Of a stretch of 64,000 bases of DNA, positions 19,113 through 27,536 are shown piece after piece (the first letter of the stretch is position 1; each line of letters begins with the position of its first letter). This DNA comes from a virus, in the IMG/VR virus record IMGVR_UViG_3300045988_130225, positions 1 to 64,000 of that record; one strand, written 5' to 3'. The position numbers and the translations under genes are program-made. The notes beneath the pieces were generated by a model. That model was given only the letters and a program-made list of their open reading frames with translations. It did no database searches and was not told the DNA's origin.

Positions 19113-19319
19113 ATGAAAATAACTTTGTACACAACTCATTGTCCTAGATGTATGGTTTTAGAAAAAAAACTAAATGCAAAAAACATTGATTATGTAGAAA
19201 ACACAAATGTAGATTTAATGATTGACAAAGGTATAATGGCTGTGCCAGTTCTTGAAGTAGAAGAAAAACGATTAAACTTTAAAGAAGCTAATGAATGGCT
19301 TAACAATTATAATAAATAA
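19113..19319 (+). CDS. nrdH: NrdH/glutaredoxin-like small redoxin
   Basis: 68 aa with a CPRC active-site motif at residues 10-13. It lies directly upstream of nrdD. Confidence 0.7.
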   Translation: MKITLYTTHCPRCMVLEKKLNAKNIDYVENTNVDLMIDKGIMAVPVLEVEEKRLNFKEANEWLNNYNK

Positions 19320-19337
19320 AAAAAGAGGTAAAAAAGA

Positions 19338-21269
19338 ATGAATATTAATATCAAACTTAATAAGAATTTTACAACTCAATATAATAAACTTCAAGAAGAA
19401 TTTGGTATAGATATAGCCAAAATCAACGGATTTGACGATAATCAACTTAGCCATACAAATTTTATTGATAATTTTATCGACCAATCTACAGTAGCAGATG
19501 CAAGTATTGATGGAAATAGTAATGTATCTCATAAAGACATTGTTACTCTTGAAAAAGAAATGCCAAAACCCCATGAAAAATTACTTGCTTTTAATAAAAT
19601 TTATTATGAACTACAAAAAAAATATGGATTTCAAACAGCTAATGAATGGTTACGTGCTGAATGGATTGGACAGTTATATATGCATGATGCTAATACAACT
19701 ACGTTCAAACACTATTGTTTCGCTTACGATTTAAAGGATTTAGCTGAAAAAGGTCTATATTTTATTGAGGGAAGAAACGCAAAACCTGCAAAACATTTAA
19801 TCACTTTCGTAGACTTTGTAAAAGAATTTATTAGTTATGCTTGCAATCGTAGTTCTGGTGCAGTTGGTTTACCTAACTTAATCCCTTATATGTATTATTT
19901 CTGGAAGAAAGATGTAGACAACAACTATATTCTTCGAGATAAAGAATATTATGCAAAACAAGCGTTCCAAAGATTTATCTATGCTGTAAATCAACCTTAT
20001 CTTCGTGATGGCTCTCAATCAGCTTTTACTAATACCTCTGTATTTGACAGACCTTATTTTGAAGCATTGTTTGGTGGTTCTGAATTTCCAGATGGAACTT
20101 TTATGATAGATTATGAAGAAGAAATTATTGAGTTCCAAAAATGGTATATGGAAACAATGGCAGAAATCAGACATGATAATATGTTCACATTTCCTGTATC
20201 TACAATCAGCTTACTTAGACAAAACGGTGAATTTGTAGATAAAGAATTTGCTGAATGGGGTATTAAACATAATATGGAATGGTCTGACAGTAATTTATTT
20301 GTTGATACTTCTGTAAATTCTTTAAGTAATTGTTGTAGATTAAAGAGTAATATCAAAGAGTTAGGTTATTTTAATAGTGTGGGAGGCACAGCTTTAAAAG
20401 TAGGTTCAGTCAAAGTGTCTACTGTAAATCTTGCTAGAATTGCTCTTGATACAAGTACAGAATATGAATATTTGAAAGAATTAGAAAAAAGAGTAGTTAT
20501 CAATTTAAAAGCATTGGATTGTGTAAGACATATTATTAAAAGAAATGTAGAAAAAGGTTTGTTACCTAATTTTAGTCATGGATTAGTTGACTTCCCTCAT
20601 CTTTACAATACTATTGGATTCATTGGAATTTATGAAACAATGAAAAAGTTTGGTTATACTAAGTTAGATGAATTTGGAAATACTTATTATACACATCAAG
20701 CATCTGAATTTGGCAAAAAGATTTTTGAAGTTATGAGAAAAACTGCTGATAATTTCATTAAACAATATAACTGTGATTACCAGATTAACACAGAACAAAT
20801 TCCCGGAGAATCAGCGGCGGCTAAACTTATGAAGAAAGATAAATTTTTCTATCCAGAAGCTAATATTTATGACTTACCTCTTTATGGCAATCAATTTATT
20901 CCTTTAGGTATTAAAACTACTGGGCAAGAACGTGTAAGAATTGCATCTGAATTTGATGGATATTGTTCTGGTGGTTCTATTCTTCACTACAATATTGATG
21001 CACCATTTGATTCTTTTGATAAAGCATGGAAGATGGTTAATTATATTGCAGACCAAGGTGTTACTTACTTTGCTTTTAATACAAAAATTCAAGCATGTAA
21101 ACACAACCACGCTTTTTATGGAAAAATTTGTCCTGTTTGTGGTGAACCAGTAGATACAGAATTTACCCGTATTGTTGGATTTTATACACCAGTTAAATCA
21201 TATTCACAAGAACGTAAAGAAGAATTTAAAATGAGAAAATGGGAGAACGATAAGAATTTGGGAGAATAA
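19338..21269 (+). CDS. nrdD: Anaerobic (class III) ribonucleoside-triphosphate reductase
   Basis: NCCRLKS active-site loop, C-terminal Zn ribbon CKHNH...CPVCG and glycyl-radical motif RIVGFYTPV. Confidence 0.92.
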   Translation: MNINIKLNKNFTTQYNKLQEEFGIDIAKINGFDDNQLSHTNFIDNFIDQSTVADASIDGNSNVSHKDIVTLEKEMPKPHEKLLAFNKIYYELQKKYGFQTANEWLRAEWIGQLYMHDANTTTFKHYCFAYDLKDLAEKGLYFIEGRNAKPAKHLITFVDFVKEFISYACNRSSGAVGLPNLIPYMYYFWKKDVDNNYILRDKEYYAKQAFQRFIYAVNQPYLRDGSQSAFTNTSVFDRPYFEALFGGSEFPDGTFMIDYEEEIIEFQKWYMETMAEIRHDNMFTFPVSTISLLRQNGEFVDKEFAEWGIKHNMEWSDSNLFVDTSVNSLSNCCRLKSNIKELGYFNSVGGTALKVGSVKVSTVNLARIALDTSTEYEYLKELEKRVVINLKALDCVRHIIKRNVEKGLLPNFSHGLVDFPHLYNTIGFIGIYETMKKFGYTKLDEFGNTYYTHQASEFGKKIFEVMRKTADNFIKQYNCDYQINTEQIPGESAAAKLMKKDKFFYPEANIYDLPLYGNQFIPLGIKTTGQERVRIASEFDGYCSGGSILHYNIDAPFDSFDKAWKMVNYIADQGVTYFAFNTKIQACKHNHAFYGKICPVCGEPVDTEFTRIVGFYTPVKSYSQERKEEFKMRKWENDKNLGE

Positions 21270-21271
21270 TA

Positions 21272-21733
21272 ATGAAAATCAAAGGTATTATTTCAGAAGA
21301 TTTTGTAAATTATAAAAAATCTGCTATGACTATTATGTTTCCGTATTGCACTTTTAAGTGTGGTACGGACTATTGCCAAAACAGTTCTTTAGTACGTGAG
21401 CCTAATATTGAAATCTCTGTGGAAGATTTAATACAAAAATATATTAACAATCCAATTACGGAATCAGTAGTAATGCAAGGACTTGAACCTTTTGATTCTT
21501 GGCAAGAAATGTATGAATTTATTTCTAAATTAAGGTTGTGTTGTGATGACGATATTATAATTTATACTGGTTATAATAAGGATGAAATTTTAGATAAGGT
21601 TAATATTTTAAAGAAATTTAAAAATATTATAATTAAGTTTGGTAGATATATTCCTAATCAAAAATCACATTATGATACTATATTGGAAATTAATTTAGCA
21701 AGTGATAACCAATACGCAGAAAGGATATGTTAA
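21272..21733 (+). CDS. nrdG: Class III RNR activating protein (radical SAM, short form)
   Basis: 153 aa, directly after nrdD, with the N-terminal Cys cluster YCTFKCGTDYCQN. Confidence 0.7.
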   Translation: MKIKGIISEDFVNYKKSAMTIMFPYCTFKCGTDYCQNSSLVREPNIEISVEDLIQKYINNPITESVVMQGLEPFDSWQEMYEFISKLRLCCDDDIIIYTGYNKDEILDKVNILKKFKNIIIKFGRYIPNQKSHYDTILEINLASDNQYAERIC

Positions 21734-21913
21734 ATGATTAAGTTAAATGAAGATAAAGAACTTGTAGATTCTATTAGAAAAAAACTTAAAGAAAATAATT
21801 ATTTTTGCCCGTGTAGGCTCGTGAAAAACGAAGATACAAAATGTATGTGCAAAGAGTTTCGTGAGCAAACCGAAGGTGAATGTCATTGTGGTCTTTATGT
21901 TAAAGTAAAGTAA
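21734..21913 (+). CDS. Ferredoxin:thioredoxin-reductase catalytic-subunit-like small protein (59 aa), below the ORF-track cutoff
   Basis: My own translation gives MIKLNEDKELVDSIRKKLKENNYFCPCRLVKNEDTKCMCKEFREQTEGECHCGLYVKVK. It carries a CPC / CxC / CHC triad, and its ATG abuts the nrdG stop. Confidence 0.5.
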   Translation: MIKLNEDKELVDSIRKKLKENNYFCPCRLVKNEDTKCMCKEFREQTEGECHCGLYVKVK

Positions 21914-22044
21914 CAAACCCTCTCAACTCACACCCTAACACTTTATCAACCAGAGTAGTCAAATGTCTGTTACCATAGTTCTACTGGTTAGTAACCATAT
22001 CAGAATAAAGTTTAAATTCACAATTTCAACAATTATATAAAACA

Positions 22045-22071
22045 AACCCTCCGACTTATTGCCGGAGGGTT
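22045..22071. terminator. Bidirectional terminator between convergent operons
   Basis: Stem AACCCTCCG (22045-22053) / CGGAGGGTT (22063-22071) with T-rich sequence flanking it on both strands. Confidence 0.7.
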
Positions 22072-22076
22072 ATTTA

Positions 22077-22286
22077 TTACTTTGTAATCGGTAATTTTAA
22101 TTCCTTTTGTTTTTCTTTAATTCTTAAAGGAATATATAATTTATTATATTGTTTTTTACATAAATCACAATTTCCAAAACTATGACCCCAACACCAATTA
22201 CAATATTTCTCAAATTGATTTTTAAGAGATTGTGAATTTTCTATATTAACGTATCCCTGCAATATTATTTCAGTATAAAAACTCAA
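22077..22286 (-). CDS. Hypothetical Cys-rich protein (69 aa, TTG start)
   Basis: ORF with a GAGGTG Shine-Dalgarno; contains CNWCW...CDLC. Confidence 0.55.
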   Translation of the reverse strand: MSFYTEIILQGYVNIENSQSLKNQFEKYCNWCWGHSFGNCDLCKKQYNKLYIPLRIKEKQKELKLPITK

Positions 22287-22303
22287 TTACGCACCTCATT
22301 TAA

Positions 22304-22474
22304 TCAATCATCAAGTTCCCAAACGTCATAAGAACAATTCTTATCCTTGTGTTCTTCACAATACTTCTTAACGTTTTCTTTATTTCTAAACACTTTTTCA
22401 ATTACTTGCATTGCTTCTCCTGCAATATTTTCAGTACCATAAACCACATAGATTTCTTTCTCTAAAATATCCAT
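22304..22474 (-). CDS. Hypothetical small protein (56 aa), below the ORF-track cutoff
   Basis: My own translation gives MDILEKEIYVVYGTENIAGEAMQVIEKVFRNKENVKKYCEEHKDKNCSYDVWELDD. Confidence 0.4.
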   Translation of the reverse strand: MDILEKEIYVVYGTENIAGEAMQVIEKVFRNKENVKKYCEEHKDKNCSYDVWELDD

Positions 22475-22608
22475 ATTATTTATTACCTGCTTTCTTTTTT
22501 TATTTTTATTATACTGTTTTTTTCTAAATTTTCAATCAGAATACTAAACACACTAATTATATCAAGTCCCATAACCAAACTCCTTATACTCTTTGTTACT
22601 AATCTCTA

Positions 22609-23181
22609 TCATGTATTAAAATTATATTCTTCTTTAGGTAAAAGACATTTAATACTTTTTCTATCAACTATACTAATATTTTTGTTTTCTTTATTATAAA
22701 CAGCAATATTCTTTTCATTTATATCGATTATAATTCCATAAATATTAATATTTACGAAATTATTATTGATTACATTGCCATCAAAAATACAAACATATTC
22801 TTCATCATTTTTAATTGGATATTTTAAGCAATCATTTACATACACTATATTATCCTCATTTTTATTTACAATTTTAACGTTTTCTGGTAACATATTATTT
22901 TTCTCCTTTTCTTCTATATTATCTTTAACTTCCCAAATTCTATTAGAATTTTCACCAGTATACACTCCATCAAAAGTATAATAAACTGGTAACATTCCTC
23001 TTTTTTCTGCTATAAAACGCCTACAAATCTTATAGTATTTGCAAATAATATTACATTTATTGTTTGGTACTTTACTACAATACTCACACAATTCTTTTTC
23101 TGTAATTTCCATTTTATTCTCTCCTTTTTTAATTCCTGTCATTAATTCTACATTTATAGGTTTAGTTTTTTCAACTTTCAT
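22609..23181 (-). CDS. Hypothetical protein (190 aa)
   Basis: ORF in the minus-strand accessory cluster. Confidence 0.65.
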   Translation of the reverse strand: MKVEKTKPINVELMTGIKKGENKMEITEKELCEYCSKVPNNKCNIICKYYKICRRFIAEKRGMLPVYYTFDGVYTGENSNRIWEVKDNIEEKEKNNMLPENVKIVNKNEDNIVYVNDCLKYPIKNDEEYVCIFDGNVINNNFVNINIYGIIIDINEKNIAVYNKENKNISIVDRKSIKCLLPKEEYNFNT

Positions 23182-23261
23182 TTTATTTCTCCTTTAATAT
23201 ATTTTTACGAGTATTGTTAAATCAAGTTTTTTAAAAATTACTTTTATTATCTCCTTTTCTA

Positions 23262-23840
23262 TTATTTAATAAATAACTTACGATTCATATTAGGATATTT
23301 CATTTTTACAATAGCACCACTTTTCTTAGCACTTTCACTAAAAATTTTATGGCACTTATCACATACTGTACTTTTACTATCTTTATCTAAAGGTGTGCCA
23401 CAAGTATAGCACAAATGATTTTCTAATCTATATTGTCTATTTTTAGTTGGGTCTTTTAATTCGGCGTTCTTTAAATTATGTCTTTCCCTATCTTTAGTAA
23501 GGCAAATGCCACAACGTACTCTATTGTTCATAGCTTTTCTTTTACCACATTCTACGCATAAACCTTTTTCTTTTCTTTCTAATTTAACCTTTCTCTTTTG
23601 TTCTAAATCTTTATCACGATATTTTAGTTTAAACTCTTTATATTCTTCCTCCGACATTGATTCTTTTCTTTTCTGTCTATATTCATATGCTTTTACTTTA
23701 CATAATAAACACATTCGTTCATCACCATAAGTACGTTCTTTAAAACAACATGTACATAAATGGTGTTCTAAAGCAAATTTTCTACTATCTTTGCCCCATT
23801 GCCTACAATATTGAAGTCTTTTTTCTTTATCTTTATACAT
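23262..23840 (-). CDS. Protein with three zinc-ribbon repeats (192 aa)
   Basis: Three (H/G)LCxxC...CxxC units separated by basic K/R/E-rich linkers. Confidence 0.7.
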   Translation of the reverse strand: MYKDKEKRLQYCRQWGKDSRKFALEHHLCTCCFKERTYGDERMCLLCKVKAYEYRQKRKESMSEEEYKEFKLKYRDKDLEQKRKVKLERKEKGLCVECGKRKAMNNRVRCGICLTKDRERHNLKNAELKDPTKNRQYRLENHLCYTCGTPLDKDSKSTVCDKCHKIFSESAKKSGAIVKMKYPNMNRKLFIK

Positions 23841-23886
23841 TCTTCGCTCTTTCTTCTTTGATTGATATATTGTTTTTTATATAATA

Positions 23887-23915
23887 ATATTAACACTTTT
23901 CATATAAAAAGTCAA
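23887..23915 (-). promoter_or_regulatory. Sigma-A-type promoter (divergent pair, leftward)
   Basis: Minus strand reads TTGACT, 17-nt spacer, TAATAT with TGT upstream. Confidence 0.65.
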
Positions 23916-23950
23916 TAAGATATTAATGGATTTTATTAATAAAAACACTA

Positions 23951-23979
23951 TTGACTTTCGCATAAAATAGTGATAAACT
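23951..23979 (+). promoter_or_regulatory. Sigma-A-type promoter (divergent pair, rightward)
   Basis: TTGACT, 17-nt spacer, TAAACT with TGA upstream. Confidence 0.6.
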
Positions 23980-24024
23980 TTTAATATCACAGTAAATATT
24001 AATAAAGAAAGGAAATAAATTTAT

Positions 24025-24741
24025 ATGAAATATGTAGGTTCTAAAGCAAGATTAGTAAAATATATTGCTCCGATTATTCAGTCTTATATTGACGAAAATA
24101 ATATAAAAAAATACTGGCAACCATTTGTAGGAGGGGCAAATCTTATAACGCATATTAAATGTAAAGAACGATTTGGTTCTGATATTAACCCATATTTTAT
24201 CGCACTTCTTAAACAAACGCAAATTGACGTTTCTATATTTCCTCAAACCGTTTCAGAAGCCGAGTACAAAGCAGTACAAACAAGTAAAAACGATTATCCA
24301 GACTGGTATGTGGGGATTGTTGGGTTTGGTTCATTTGGTGGTAAATTTTTTGGTGGATACCCAAGAGGATTTAAAAACGATGGTATAACACCAAGAGATT
24401 TATTTAATGAACATTACAGAGCATTAATAAAACAAGCACCTTTACTTAAAGATATTCATTTATCTTGTTGTGATTTTAGAGAAACTAAACCAATAGAAAA
24501 CTTTGTTATTTATTGTGACATACCTTATCAAAACACTACAAAATATTCTAATAAAGACCCTTTTCCTTATGACGAATTTTATAAATGGTGTTTGGAACAT
24601 GCTAAAAATAATATAGTTTTAGTTAGCGAGTATTCTATGCCTAAAGATTTTACATGTATTTGGGAAAAAGAAGTTAATACTATGTTAGATAGTAAAGGAA
24701 ACGGCAAACCCAGAACAGAGAAATTATTTATTGTAAAATAA
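24025..24741 (+). CDS. dam: Dam-family (D12 class) N6-adenine DNA methyltransferase
   Basis: N-terminal MKYVGSKARL and catalytic DIPY (a DPPY variant). Confidence 0.85.
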   Translation: MKYVGSKARLVKYIAPIIQSYIDENNIKKYWQPFVGGANLITHIKCKERFGSDINPYFIALLKQTQIDVSIFPQTVSEAEYKAVQTSKNDYPDWYVGIVGFGSFGGKFFGGYPRGFKNDGITPRDLFNEHYRALIKQAPLLKDIHLSCCDFRETKPIENFVIYCDIPYQNTTKYSNKDPFPYDEFYKWCLEHAKNNIVLVSEYSMPKDFTCIWEKEVNTMLDSKGNGKPRTEKLFIVK

Positions 24742-24763
24742 AAGAGAGGATATTTCCTCTCTT
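24742..24763. terminator. Bidirectional terminator between the convergent methyltransferase genes
   Basis: Stem AAGAGAGGA / TCCTCTCTT with a 4-nt loop, flanked by an A-run on one side and a T-run on the other. Confidence 0.7.
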
Positions 24764-24766
24764 TTA

Positions 24767-25288
24767 TTATTTTTTATCAATTTCTTTAAACATAATTTTC
24801 TTTGGTAACATATTATGACAAATATAAACAGAACTAAAAGGTAGATTTAAACTTGGTTTTTGTTCGTTATAATCTTTAAAATAAGCAACTCTTTTATTGA
24901 AATACATTATTTCAAATTCATTATCTCTAAACATTTCAAAACGTTTTTTGCTTTCAAATAAACCTACAATTCCTAATAACATAGCAAAAGGAATATCAAA
25001 TTTAAACAATCTTTCAAGAACTTCTGTTTTCAAACTATAAGGTGGATTTGAAATAATATATTTTGTATTTTCTGGAACTTCTATTTCAAAAAAGTTCTGA
25101 CCATTTAATAAACTAGAATATACAACCTCATTTGTTTTACTTAATTCTTTTACAAATAAAGATTGCTCAGTATCAAAAGGACACCATACCTTCACTGAAG
25201 GCGGAATAAATTCTAATATTGGTTTAATAGCATATAAAGGTGTGTAAAATTCATCATTGTGGCTATTTGCAACTTTATCTAATTTCAT
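24767..25288 (-). CDS. Second N6-adenine DNA methyltransferase (NPPY type)
   Basis: DEFYTP and ISNPPYS motifs. Confidence 0.75.
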   Translation of the reverse strand: MKLDKVANSHNDEFYTPLYAIKPILEFIPPSVKVWCPFDTEQSLFVKELSKTNEVVYSSLLNGQNFFEIEVPENTKYIISNPPYSLKTEVLERLFKFDIPFAMLLGIVGLFESKKRFEMFRDNEFEIMYFNKRVAYFKDYNEQKPSLNLPFSSVYICHNMLPKKIMFKEIDKK

Positions 25289-25339
25289 TTTTTAAATCTC
25301 CTTTTAATTTATTATATTTATATATAAATAGCGATACTA

Positions 25340-25651
25340 TTAAGCACCACCACCATATAAATTTCTATTATTTATTTTTCTATATTCCCAACCAGAATCA
25401 ACATTATATATTAACTTATCTAAACAACAATTATACTGTGGCTTTAATATATCATAAGAAATATTATTGCACCAATCTAATTCAAAATCTCTAATATCAG
25501 CATAAGTAGTTGTTTTCTCTTCAAACCAATTTACTTTTTCTTTTTCTAATATTTTATCAAATTCTTTAATTATTTTTTCAAAATATTTTATAATATCTGA
25601 TTCTTCAAAATATTTTACAATAAATTCTCTACCTGCTGAGTTATCTTTCAT
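25340..25651 (-). CDS. Hypothetical protein (103 aa)
   Basis: ORF whose ATG overlaps the upstream stop (ATGA). Confidence 0.65.
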   Translation of the reverse strand: MKDNSAGREFIVKYFEESDIIKYFEKIIKEFDKILEKEKVNWFEEKTTTYADIRDFELDWCNNISYDILKPQYNCCLDKLIYNVDSGWEYRKINNRNLYGGGA

Positions 25652-25827
25652 ATAATTTTTCTCCTTTTATTTTTATTGATATTTCTTGATTTTTTCATAG
25701 TTTTTCCATAATCAATTATTCTTTTTATATTATTGGTATATTTAGGTTTATTTGTATTATATATCACACCAATATCCCCTAAACTTAATACCACCACTTT
25801 ACTATAATTTTCTGTACCAGTTTTCAT
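25648..25827 (-). CDS. Hypothetical small basic protein (59 aa), below the ORF-track cutoff
   Basis: My own translation gives MKTGTENYSKVVVLSLGDIGVIYNTNKPKYTNNIKRIIDYGKTMKKSRNINKNKRRKII. Shine-Dalgarno is AAAGGCGGTGA, and the stop makes an ATGA overlap with the next gene. Confidence 0.5.
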   Translation of the reverse strand: MKTGTENYSKVVVLSLGDIGVIYNTNKPKYTNNIKRIIDYGKTMKKSRNINKNKRRKII

Positions 25828-25853
25828 ATGCTCACCGCCTTTCTTATATAGAA

Positions 25854-25882
25854 ATTATACAACACTTCCTATATAAAATCAA
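25854..25882 (-). promoter_or_regulatory. Sigma-A-type promoter
   Basis: Minus strand reads TTGATT, 17-nt spacer, TATAAT. Confidence 0.65.
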
Positions 25883-25959
25883 TAGTAATTTCACTTTAAA
25901 TAGTCTGAATATTTAATAATTTTCATATAAAAGTCTAACACATAATTTTATAAATTTCA

Positions 25960-25988
25960 TTGACTTTTCCTATGAAATGTATTATGAT
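25960..25988 (+). promoter_or_regulatory. Sigma-A-type promoter
   Basis: TTGACT, 17-nt spacer, TATGAT. Confidence 0.65.
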
Positions 25989-26031
25989 TAACATATCAAA
26001 GCAATACAAAATAAATCAAAGGAGATTAGAT

Positions 26032-26739
26032 ATGAAAAGAAATGAATTAAAATTCAAAAAGAATGATGTTGTTGTTCTTGAAAAATTACCTGATTTATTT
26101 AGGAAATTAGAAATATGTGGTATTTATCATCCAGAAAGAATATTAAACTCAAAAGGTAAAATCATTGGTATAGACATAGAAGATGAAGATTTACCTTATT
26201 GTGTTTGTTTTGACAACGAAAAAGAAAAATGTTATTATTTACCAGAGTATTTACTTGAATTAGTCACCACAGAGAAAAACGTAACAAACAATACAGATAG
26301 CGAAACAATCAAAATCAAATACCATGAACCTATCACACCTCTTGAAAATATCAACGGTGCAAATTCAGATTGGATTGATTTAAGATGTGCTGAACCTAAT
26401 GGAGTTGACTTGAAAACTGGTGAATTTAAACTTATTTCTCTTGGTGTAAGTATGAAACTTCCAGATGGCTATGAAGCACATATTGTTCCAAGAAGTAGCA
26501 CGTTTAAGACTTGGGGATTATTACAGACAAACCCACATGCTGTTATCGACAATAGTTATTGTTCAGATACAGATGTGTGGAAATATCCAGTATACGCAAC
26601 CAGAGATACACATATCGACTTTAATGACCGTATTTGTCAGTTCCGTATTGTAAAAAAACAGCCTACTATTATTTTTGAAAAAGTAGACCATTTAGACGGA
26701 AAATCAAGAGGTGGTTTTGGTAGTAGCGGAATTAAGTAA
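26032..26739 (+). CDS. dut: Trimeric-type dUTPase with an N-terminal extension of about 90 aa
   Basis: Motifs IVPRSS, VIDNSY and C-terminal RGGFGSSG. Start moved to the ATG at 26032, after GGAG; the track's start lies inside the promoter. Confidence 0.85.
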   Translation: MKRNELKFKKNDVVVLEKLPDLFRKLEICGIYHPERILNSKGKIIGIDIEDEDLPYCVCFDNEKEKCYYLPEYLLELVTTEKNVTNNTDSETIKIKYHEPITPLENINGANSDWIDLRCAEPNGVDLKTGEFKLISLGVSMKLPDGYEAHIVPRSSTFKTWGLLQTNPHAVIDNSYCSDTDVWKYPVYATRDTHIDFNDRICQFRIVKKQPTIIFEKVDHLDGKSRGGFGSSGIK

Positions 26740-26762
26740 ATTTTATAAAAAGGAGAACAACA

Positions 26763-26924
26763 ATGAAAAAAATTTTTACTTATCTTAATTTAATTGTTTT
26801 CATTATCTTATTGATAATGGTTAATATAGCTATATGGGCAGAAAAAATAGATTATGCAATTCTTTATTCAATTTGGTTCTTAATTGAATTTGTTTTATTA
26901 ATTTTATTGACAAATAAAAAATAA
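26763..26924 (+). CDS. Small two-TM membrane protein (53 aa), below the ORF-track cutoff
   Basis: AAGGAGAA Shine-Dalgarno. My own translation gives MKKIFTYLNLIVFIILLIMVNIAIWAEKIDYAILYSIWFLIEFVLLILLTNKK. Confidence 0.5.
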   Translation: MKKIFTYLNLIVFIILLIMVNIAIWAEKIDYAILYSIWFLIEFVLLILLTNKK

Positions 26925-26938
26925 AGGAGAAAAACATT

Positions 26939-27493
26939 ATGACACTTTTAGAAACAATCAAGAAAGCAGAAGAAAAACAGAAAACTTTAGATGCTTGTGG
27001 TAAAGTTTATATTCGTAGAAAAAGTTGGGAAAATTTAATTGACCCAGTTAGCTTTAGATGGTTTTATGGTGAGCCGCTTTTTAAAAAAACTGATATTAGT
27101 TATACTCCTAGTAAAGAAAGTTTATTAAGCAATGACTGGGAATTATTTACACGTTATTATTATTCAGAAACAAAAGAAAAAGAGCCTAAACCAGAAACTA
27201 CAACTATTTCAAAAGAAAACATTACAAATTCTATTGAGCAGATTATGCTTGTTAAAGGACTCCTCAAAGAAACACTTAAAAACGCAGATTTGATTGTAAA
27301 AGTCTTTCAAACTCGATATGGCATTAATTTTAATGACTTTGTGAAAAAACCAGAACTTATTACAGATAACGAAACAAGATTTTTATACTTGTTCACTAAA
27401 CTTACAATGGAATGTATTGAGAATGTAGGGGGCTGTTTAAATAAAGTTATTGCAGAACTCGGTAATCCAGAAGTAGACGAAAAAACCGAATAG
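26939..27493 (+). CDS. Hypothetical protein (184 aa)
   Basis: ORF with an AAGGAGAA Shine-Dalgarno. Confidence 0.65.
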   Translation: MTLLETIKKAEEKQKTLDACGKVYIRRKSWENLIDPVSFRWFYGEPLFKKTDISYTPSKESLLSNDWELFTRYYYSETKEKEPKPETTTISKENITNSIEQIMLVKGLLKETLKNADLIVKVFQTRYGINFNDFVKKPELITDNETRFLYLFTKLTMECIENVGGCLNKVIAELGNPEVDEKTE

Positions 27494-27505
27494 ATACGAA
27501 TAAGT

Positions 27506-27536
27506 AAAGAGGGGCTAACACCCCTCTTTTATTTTG
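27506..27536 (+). terminator. Rho-independent terminator
   Basis: Stem AAAGAGGGG / CCCCTCTTT with a 6-nt loop and a T-rich tail. Confidence 0.75.
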
